A stretch of DNA of 32,786 nt, from IMG/VR virus record IMGVR_UViG_3300020409_000753, positions 1-32,786 of that record; one strand, written 5' to 3'. Origin of the DNA: a virus (taxonomy: Duplodnaviria; Caudoviricetes). Numbering within the stretch: the first letter of the stretch is position 1; each line of letters begins with the position of its first letter. Below, piece by piece: positions 26,498 through 32,786 of this stretch. Made by a program: the position numbers and the translations under genes. Under the pieces are notes generated by a model, which was not told where the DNA came from, ran no database searches, and was given only the letters and a program-made list of their open reading frames with translations.

Positions 26498-27065
26498 ATT
26501 TTTAAATACAATAAGCATAATTGATGACTTTATTTCAGATAAAGAATTAATTGATTGGTTAAAAGATGAGAGTAAAATAGATAGTACCGTAAAAGGACAA
26601 GATACTCATAATCTTACTTATGCTCAAAATGAATTTGGTAAACTTGCAAACGCAACACTAGTAAATTATTGTAATTCAAATAATATAGATTATAATAATT
26701 TGTCAATGTCTAATTTTCAAAAAGGTAGATTGAAGAAATATGATAAGTCTATGGTGACTAATCATTTATACGAACCACACCACGACCAAGTTGAAGGTGC
26801 TTATATTTCTGCAATCTATTATATTGATAGTGATTATACACCTGACAAATGGGTAGGTGGTGAGTTAAGTATATACAAAAATTTAACCTTTGCTGAATAT
26901 CCTAACAATGTTGTAAATATTAATCCTGTTCCTAACAGACTTATAATGTTTCCAGGTTTTCTAGTACATAGAGTTAAACCATACTTTGGAGAAAATCCTA
27001 GAACATCTTTGGTATTAGGTTGGGAAGTAAAAGACCAACCACAAACAGAACCTATATGGATTTAA
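26487..27065 (+). CDS. 2OG-Fe(II) oxygenase (prolyl-hydroxylase-like)
   Basis: PHHD (HxD), GGEL, PNRLIMFPG..VHRV, terminal RTSL. Confidence 0.9.
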   Translation: MEIKFLNTISIIDDFISDKELIDWLKDESKIDSTVKGQDTHNLTYAQNEFGKLANATLVNYCNSNNIDYNNLSMSNFQKGRLKKYDKSMVTNHLYEPHHDQVEGAYISAIYYIDSDYTPDKWVGGELSIYKNLTFAEYPNNVVNINPVPNRLIMFPGFLVHRVKPYFGENPRTSLVLGWEVKDQPQTEPIWI

Positions 27066-27072
27066 TAATTAT

Positions 27073-28140
27073 ATGAAAGAAGATAATATAAAAAAATTAA
27101 TTGATTTTTCGTTAGAAATAACTCAAGGATGTCAATTCAATTGCACAGGTTGTACCATAGATAAAGTACATAACGATTATCCATCTGATAATCAGTTTGA
27201 AAAAATAATGTCTTTAGTAGATGACCTTAAAGAAAATGAATTTAAACCTATGAATATACAAATAGGTCCTACAGATGTAATGACAGCTTCAAATATGGAT
27301 AAAGTCTTAACCGATGAAAGAGTTAAAAAATTAACAAAGAAATTTTTAAAGACGGCAATAAATTGTGCCTTTTTAAAACCTTTTGATGAAGACTATGTAA
27401 AGTTTGGTAAAAAACTTAATTGGTTATTAGAAGGTGGTCTTGTTAAATTTATAATACCATTTGAAGCTTACCATATAGACAATAAAGAATATTTAAACAG
27501 AATTAGAAATCGTATTAAAATAACTTTAGATAATATGCCAGATGTAGTACATACAAAAACTTATTTGATTATGAATTACGAGGCTACATCTATATATGAC
27601 CGTGAAGAAAAGAAAAATTTAACTGAAAAACTAATATTAAAAACACACGAATCCGATTTACTAGAAGGTTTTGATGTAGGGTTTAATTTAGCACACTCTC
27701 TTTTAGATTTACGAAAACCTGAAAATGCAAAAAAATTATATGATTCCGTAGTAAATCTTAAAAATTATTTTGTAAATGCTAAAAGAAAATATGATGATAG
27801 AATTGATGTATATGATATAATGCCACACGAAGGAACAGATTGGGATATTTTTTATAAGTCAGGTAAATTATATTTGACGCCATTTTTATTTGAAGCCGTA
27901 ACCAGTTTTGATAAAGAATTTGAAGTTAATAAAGATTGGTCTTTTGAAGGCTTACACGAAGCATATACAGAAAGTTTTATAAATCAAGTAGATTGGGCTC
28001 ATAAAAATAAAGATTGTAAAGATTGTCAATTTGTACCTATGTGTGCTGAACGAGGTGTACACTCTCTAATGAAATTAATGAACACAACTAATTGTATAAG
28101 TCCTCTTAAATCACTTGAAGATAAAGTAATGTGGAGATAA
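27073..28140 (+). CDS. divergent radical SAM-like protein 3
   Basis: CQFNCTGC near the N-terminus and CKDCQFVPMC...C at the C-terminus; GGEP replaced by IGPTD. Confidence 0.75.
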   Translation: MKEDNIKKLIDFSLEITQGCQFNCTGCTIDKVHNDYPSDNQFEKIMSLVDDLKENEFKPMNIQIGPTDVMTASNMDKVLTDERVKKLTKKFLKTAINCAFLKPFDEDYVKFGKKLNWLLEGGLVKFIIPFEAYHIDNKEYLNRIRNRIKITLDNMPDVVHTKTYLIMNYEATSIYDREEKKNLTEKLILKTHESDLLEGFDVGFNLAHSLLDLRKPENAKKLYDSVVNLKNYFVNAKRKYDDRIDVYDIMPHEGTDWDIFYKSGKLYLTPFLFEAVTSFDKEFEVNKDWSFEGLHEAYTESFINQVDWAHKNKDCKDCQFVPMCAERGVHSLMKLMNTTNCISPLKSLEDKVMWR

Positions 28141-28141
28141 A

Positions 28142-29248
28142 ATGGATCTTATTATTAAACCTACTGAATTGTGTAATTTCAAATGTACTTTTTGTTCAAG
28201 TACACAATTAACTAATGAAAAGAAAAACTGGTTAAAACACGACCAGATATTTCGTTTTTTAGAAAGGTTTCCTGAAACTAAAACTATTATAGTAAATGGT
28301 GGTGACCCATTGATGATGGAACCTAATTACTATTGGAAGATTATTGAGTGGTTAGATAATAAAGGTTATGATACTTCACTTGCACTTACAACAAACTTAT
28401 GGCCTTTCTATAAGAAACCTAAACTATGGGTTGACTTATTTAATAATGATAGAGTTGGTATTACAACTTCTTTTCAATATGGTGGTGGTAGATTAAAAGG
28501 AGACTATACAGAATTTACAGAAGAAGACTTTTGGAAATGTTCAGACGCAATGTTAGAATATTGTGGTTATAGACCTGATTTTATATCAGTTATTACAGAA
28601 GAAAATGTACACAACGCTGTCAAAAATGTTAAGTTAGCAAAACATATGTCAGAAAATAAAATACCTCAAGGTGTTTTACATAATTTCTGGAGAGAAGAAA
28701 AGACAGGTGTTGAGTGTAAATTAAACTATGCAATGGCAAGTGGTGAACAAAAAAATCCATTTTTATTGTCTGACATATATAAAATATATGTTGATATCTG
28801 GCGTATGGGACTTGCACCTTGGGAGTTCAATACAAAACAAATGATGACAACAATAAAAACTGAACATACAACTTGTCCTTTAAGTAGAAAATGTGATGAA
28901 GGTATTAGATGTTTACAACCAGATGGAGACTATTATAGTTGTGGTGCTTTTGGTGATGATAAAGATAAACCAATAGATTTTGAAAGAGAAATGCAAGGCG
29001 AATTTTTTACACCTTTACAAGATAGTTTAGAATTAACAACAATGAAAAGAGGTTGTTATGGTTGTCCTATGTTTAGTATATGTAATGGTTGTAGAAAGAC
29101 AATAAAAGATTATAAAGAAGCAGGTGTCGTAGAAGCACATTGTCAAAAGATGAAAAAGAATGGTGTAGATATTTTAAATGCAAATGGTTTACATTATATT
29201 GAAATGACACCTTACGAAAATGAAAAAATAAAAGAAGTAAGACTATGA
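28142..29248 (+). CDS. radical SAM/SPASM protein 4
   Basis: IIKPTELCNFKCTFC, NGGDPL, CPLSRKC...YSCG...CYGCPMFSICNGC...HC. Confidence 0.92.
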   Translation: MDLIIKPTELCNFKCTFCSSTQLTNEKKNWLKHDQIFRFLERFPETKTIIVNGGDPLMMEPNYYWKIIEWLDNKGYDTSLALTTNLWPFYKKPKLWVDLFNNDRVGITTSFQYGGGRLKGDYTEFTEEDFWKCSDAMLEYCGYRPDFISVITEENVHNAVKNVKLAKHMSENKIPQGVLHNFWREEKTGVECKLNYAMASGEQKNPFLLSDIYKIYVDIWRMGLAPWEFNTKQMMTTIKTEHTTCPLSRKCDEGIRCLQPDGDYYSCGAFGDDKDKPIDFEREMQGEFFTPLQDSLELTTMKRGCYGCPMFSICNGCRKTIKDYKEAGVVEAHCQKMKKNGVDILNANGLHYIEMTPYENEKIKEVRL

Positions 29249-29763
29249 TAAAAGGTATTGAAAATGTAATAATAAATGGCGTATTCGCATTTAAGGATCC
29301 TATTGCATTTAGATTTTTTGAAGGTGTTGAAATACCTTTTAAAGAACAAGGAGAATATAAAGTTTGTATTCATACAAAAGAAGTAGACAACGCACTTAAA
29401 ATAACCCATAGTTATTTGGGCGATAAATATATTAAAATGCTATCAGGTAAATACAATTTATATGGTCAACCTGAAATAGTTAATGGTGTTGATAGTGGAT
29501 CAACAAATTGGCATAATGATTTAAAAGAAGGTGCCAATCTTGCTATAATGATGTATTTTACAAATGCTAATAGTATAGAACAAGGTGGTTCATTATCAGT
29601 TAGAAATAAAGAAACTAACGAATTGTCTTGTATGTTGCACCCAGGTAAAGGTGATATGATTATTTTAAATCATAAAGAGACTTGGCAACATAAAGTAGGA
29701 GAATGGAAAAATATACCTGGTAAAGAAGAAAGAATAGTTGGCTGTTTTGATTTTAATATATAA
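29245..29763 (+). CDS. 2OG-Fe(II) oxygenase
   Basis: WHND (HxD), GGSL, WQHKV, ERIV; ATGA overlap with rSAM4. Confidence 0.82.
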   Translation: MIKGIENVIINGVFAFKDPIAFRFFEGVEIPFKEQGEYKVCIHTKEVDNALKITHSYLGDKYIKMLSGKYNLYGQPEIVNGVDSGSTNWHNDLKEGANLAIMMYFTNANSIEQGGSLSVRNKETNELSCMLHPGKGDMIILNHKETWQHKVGEWKNIPGKEERIVGCFDFNI

Positions 29764-29783
29764 GATTTTTGAGGAACTAAAAT

Positions 29784-30785
29784 ATGACATTACCGAAAAT
29801 TAATTTATCAATTAATCCGTCTTATCATTGTAATTTTAGATGTAATTGGTGTTATCTAACACCTAAACAATTAGGTGATACAAAGACAATAGACCATATC
29901 AAATTAAACGATATACTTGCACACATACAAACTTATAGAGATATAAACCATATTGATTTATATGGTGGTGAGATAGGTATATTAAAGAAAGACAAATTAG
30001 AGGCAATTACTAATACTATCAGATTTTATTATAAAGACAAGATTAACATAAACACTAATTTATCTACAATGAATCCTATGTTTTTTAATCCTGATTATTA
30101 TTTAAGTGTTAGTTATGATTTTAGCGCAAGACAAGACCATAGAAAAGTATTTGACAATATGACAAAGTTACCTGTTGACTTTTCTGTTCTTGTATTAGCA
30201 AATGAGCCAGTATTAAGAAATGTAGGTGCTGCTCACTTCTGGGATCAATTTAGAAAACTAAAACATATGAATAAAAGATTTAAAAGTGTTGAAGTAAAAC
30301 CTTATAGTAAAAATCAGGCAAACCAACACACAATTACAGACGCACAATTTGAAGATTACATATTAGAGTTATGTGCTGTATATCCTAGTCTTATGACAAA
30401 ATATGATACTGGTGATAGAATTAAAGATTTTACTTTTACTAATGAATTAAATATATTAGATAGTTTAGATAAAAGTTATAACGCATATTCAGACGACCAC
30501 TTATATATTACACCTGCAGGAGAATTAGCAGTATTAGATTTTGATAAAAATAATAATGAGTATTTTAGAAAAGTAGATAATTTTGATGATTATATAAAGT
30601 GGACAGAAAAAGAAAAACAGAAGATAGATAAATCTCCTGTATGTAGAAAATGTGAGTATAAAGGTTTTTGTTTAACTGAACATTATAGATTTGTAGAAAA
30701 TTTAGATAATGGTTGTAATGGTTACAAATACTTGTTAGATACTTACAGATTTAGATATGGTAAAGAAAAGTTAATTAATGTCTAA
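29784..30785 (+). CDS. radical SAM protein 5
   Basis: INPSYHCNFRCNWC, LYGGEI, C-terminal CRKCEYKGFCLTEH...GCNG; GAGGA RBS. Confidence 0.9.
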   Translation: MTLPKINLSINPSYHCNFRCNWCYLTPKQLGDTKTIDHIKLNDILAHIQTYRDINHIDLYGGEIGILKKDKLEAITNTIRFYYKDKININTNLSTMNPMFFNPDYYLSVSYDFSARQDHRKVFDNMTKLPVDFSVLVLANEPVLRNVGAAHFWDQFRKLKHMNKRFKSVEVKPYSKNQANQHTITDAQFEDYILELCAVYPSLMTKYDTGDRIKDFTFTNELNILDSLDKSYNAYSDDHLYITPAGELAVLDFDKNNNEYFRKVDNFDDYIKWTEKEKQKIDKSPVCRKCEYKGFCLTEHYRFVENLDNGCNGYKYLLDTYRFRYGKEKLINV

Positions 30786-31572
30786 TAGAGTATTTTGTAT
30801 AGGTAATGGTAGAAGTAGACGAGGGTTTAATCTGAAGTCTATAAAAGGTAGAGGTGTTATAATAGGTTGTAATAATCTCTATAAAGATTTTGCACCTGAT
30901 ATATTAGTTGCAACTAACCATCCTATTATGCACGAAATATATAGAAGTGGTTATTGTTATACTGCAAATTGTTATTTTAGAGATTGGGTAACCGTACCTG
31001 TACAAAAGTTTGATAATATGATACAAGGTATGTTTCCTGAACATAGAAATATAAAGACTATAAGACGAGACGGACTATTAATAGAAAATCAAAGACAAGG
31101 TTCTAAAGAATTTGTCATACACGGATATAAAGACAAACAAACCAATCAAACAGAAGTGTCATTAAGTTGGTGTACAGAAGATAAAGTAAAAAACTTATCA
31201 GACATTTATAGAGAACACGAACAAGTTGATTGGGGTACAGGAACAACAAGTGGTTATGTTGCGTGTAAAGAAATATCAGAATTAAAAGAAGTGTATCTCA
31301 TAGGACACGACTTCTTTAGCATAGACAAACAATTTAACAACATTTATAGAGGTCAAAAATTCTACGAAAATGATACTCATATTTCAGATTACAATATTAA
31401 TAAATGGATATATGAGTGGCGAAGACTATTTAAATGGTATAACTGGATTAAGTTTTACAAAGTAAATAGAGAGAATTATTTAAATTTAAGATTAAACGCT
31501 TGGAACGATTGCAAAAATGTGGAGTATATAAGTTATGAAAGAATGGAAACTCAAACAAGAAGTATACCATAG
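30778..31572 (+). CDS. Maf/DUF115-like or sialyltransferase-like Rossmann protein
   Basis: VFCIGNGRSR, IGCNNLY.DF.PDILV, GTGTTSG, VYLIGHDF motifs typical of that superfamily. Confidence 0.6.
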   Translation: MSNRVFCIGNGRSRRGFNLKSIKGRGVIIGCNNLYKDFAPDILVATNHPIMHEIYRSGYCYTANCYFRDWVTVPVQKFDNMIQGMFPEHRNIKTIRRDGLLIENQRQGSKEFVIHGYKDKQTNQTEVSLSWCTEDKVKNLSDIYREHEQVDWGTGTTSGYVACKEISELKEVYLIGHDFFSIDKQFNNIYRGQKFYENDTHISDYNINKWIYEWRRLFKWYNWIKFYKVNRENYLNLRLNAWNDCKNVEYISYERMETQTRSIP

Positions 31573-31984
31573 ATTAAACACTACTCATAAAGATACTCTA
31601 GTTGACAAAGAGATATCTTTGATATGGGAAGAGAAAGATATTGTAGATTGGGCAATACGACATTGGAATGAAAAAGTTGACAGATTTGTATACCCAGCAA
31701 AGAGTTATTGTGTAGCGATATGTTATGCAAAATGGATTGAGAGAGATTATGGTGACAACTTTTATGAGTTGTTAAACGACCCAATGTTATTATATAATAA
31801 TGACGATTACTTTGAGGTATATGATAAAGTACCACACATATATGACAAGATAATATCAGCATACCCTAATGATGAAAATAGAGGTATGATACCAGATATT
31901 CGTGGATATTATGAAAAAGAAATAAAGTACGATACTGGAATTAATATAAATAATACTATAACAGGAGAAAATTATGGCAATTAA
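31535..31984 (+). CDS. hypothetical protein
   Basis: 149 aa, GGAG upstream; YPAKSYCVAICYAKWI motif; overlaps both neighbours. Confidence 0.75.
   Translation: MKEWKLKQEVYHRLNTTHKDTLVDKEISLIWEEKDIVDWAIRHWNEKVDRFVYPAKSYCVAICYAKWIERDYGDNFYELLNDPMLLYNNDDYFEVYDKVPHIYDKIISAYPNDENRGMIPDIRGYYEKEIKYDTGININNTITGENYGN
31945..31952 (+). promoter_or_regulatory. T4-type late promoter TATAAATA
   Basis: Exact consensus upstream of the AGGAG RBS of the ORF at 31974. Confidence 0.75.
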
Positions 31985-32201
31985 GATTAATGGTAAAGAG
32001 TATGATGAGAATAAGTTTGATGACAAGACTAAAAACTATGTTATCGCAAGACAAGAGCTTGTTCAAAATCAGGCGAGATTGGAGATTGAAATGGAAAAAG
32101 TTCAAGTACTTATCAGATATTACAATGCGAAAATCTGTGAGTTCTTAGGAATAGATCCTAACGCTCCTAAAGAAGATACCAAAGAAACACCAAAAGAATA
32201 G
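31974..32201 (+). CDS. small coiled-coil hypothetical protein
   Basis: IKINGKEYD N-terminus followed by a helical coiled coil; strong RBS. Confidence 0.8.
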   Translation: MAIKINGKEYDENKFDDKTKNYVIARQELVQNQARLEIEMEKVQVLIRYYNAKICEFLGIDPNAPKEDTKETPKE

Positions 32202-32207
32202 TAAACA

Positions 32208-32549
32208 ATGGCGGCTATAGCAAATTTAAGGATAGACCAAGGAACCACATTTAGTTCAAATGTTACCCTTGCAGGTAATGACGGCGCAGCCTTTGACCTA
32301 ACAGGTCATAGCGTAGAGGCTAAGATGGCAAAAGGATATGAAAGTACAAAAACTCGTATCACTATGACAACTAGCGTAGCAAACCCTGCAACAGGGATTA
32401 TAACACTATCTTTAACTGCTGCTCAGACTTCTGCCCTGGACGCACCTAGTAGATATGTCTATGATGTAGAGGTTACTAACAATACTTCAAATGTAGTAAC
32501 CCGAGTTATAGAAGGTATTATTACCGTACGCCCTAATGTAACCATTTAA
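32208..32549 (+). CDS. small virion structural protein (Ig-like beta sandwich)
   Basis: ANLRIDQGTTF...DLTG...GIITLSLTAAQT...RYVYDVE...RVIEGIITVRP, a pattern common in marine T4-like tail regions. Confidence 0.8.
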   Translation: MAAIANLRIDQGTTFSSNVTLAGNDGAAFDLTGHSVEAKMAKGYESTKTRITMTTSVANPATGIITLSLTAAQTSALDAPSRYVYDVEVTNNTSNVVTRVIEGIITVRPNVTI

Positions 32550-32581
32550 ACTAAATACTATTAGTTTGAGTACCCTTTGGT

Positions 32582-32589
32582 TATAAATA
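32582..32589 (+). promoter_or_regulatory. T4-type late promoter TATAAATA
   Basis: Exact consensus, intergenic, upstream of a GGGAG RBS. Confidence 0.8.
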
Positions 32590-32614
32590 TTAACAATTAG
32601 AGGGAGATTGTAAA

Positions 32615-32786
32615 GTGGCTCAGATTAAAGCAAGAATAGATAGCACAATTACTAGACCGCAACAAGTGTCGGTTACTATGCCTGCTGGCGCTCAAAGTCA
32701 GACGGCGGTTACTAACTCAACATTAAAGTTGAGACTATTACAAGATGTTGACGCTAGTTCTTTAAAAGATGGTTCAATGATACAAT
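32615..32786 (+). CDS. structural protein, N-terminal part (runs off the window)
   Basis: GTG start after AGGGAG; MAQIKARIDSTITRPQQVSVTMPAG...LRLLQDVDASSLKDGSMIQ with an LxDVD fibre-type repeat. Confidence 0.7.
   Translation, partial: MAQIKARIDSTITRPQQVSVTMPAGAQSQTAVTNSTLKLRLLQDVDASSLKDGSMIQ

Noticed and set aside
20824-30785. rSAM cluster as a DNA-modification (QueE/7-deazaguanine) or anaerobic RNR activase (NrdG) locus
   Set aside because: The proteins are 330-370 aa with C-terminal SPASM-like Cys clusters; no QueC/QueD/FolE/DpdA or NrdD neighbours; the context is tail genes.
6226-31862. Many minus-strand ORFs of 60-150 aa in the track (e.g. 6226, 9394, 15091, 17392, 19810, 21560, 24454, 31581) and the nested plus ORF at 6330
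   Set aside because: They lie within well-supported plus-strand genes and read as shadow frames without recognisable motifs.
32548-32567. AAACTAA/TTAGTTT inverted repeat as a terminator
   Set aside because: Almost all A-T pairs and no convincing U-tract.
1-32786. tRNA, rRNA, CRISPR array, intron, intein, integrase or diversity-generating retroelement
   Set aside because: No cloverleaf, spaced repeats, splicing motifs, reverse transcriptase or template/variable repeat pair seen by eye; the long genes are uninterrupted.

Overview
AT-rich, densely coding segment of a T4-like myovirus genome (Kyanoviridae/pelagimyophage-style architecture). A marine alphaproteobacterial host such as SAR11 is plausible but only inferred. 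From left to right: the C-terminal beta-helix of gp5; an accessory block (small membrane ORFs, IscA/HesB and NifU/NfuA Fe-S carriers, a 2OG-Fe(II) oxygenase, DUF2061); a three-gene minus-strand cassette with a sigma70-type promoter; the late baseplate/tail module (PAAR, gp25, gp6, gp7-like, a fibre with a cupredoxin-like tip, gp8, a 2037-aa VrlC-like protein, a fibre with a C-terminal chaperone-like domain) with T4-type TATAAATA late promoters. Inside the tail module lies an ~11-kb translationally coupled cluster of five radical SAM/SPASM-type enzymes, three 2OG-Fe(II)/JmjC oxygenases and several unknown proteins. It surrounds a 257-aa virion-like protein ending in CHSSCHSSCHGSRGRR. This cluster is the most interesting feature: it looks like a phage-encoded RiPP-like maturation system acting on a structural protein. 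Codon choices also suggest strong avoidance of ACWGT, CATG and GATGC. All family calls come from motif recognition by eye, not from database searches.
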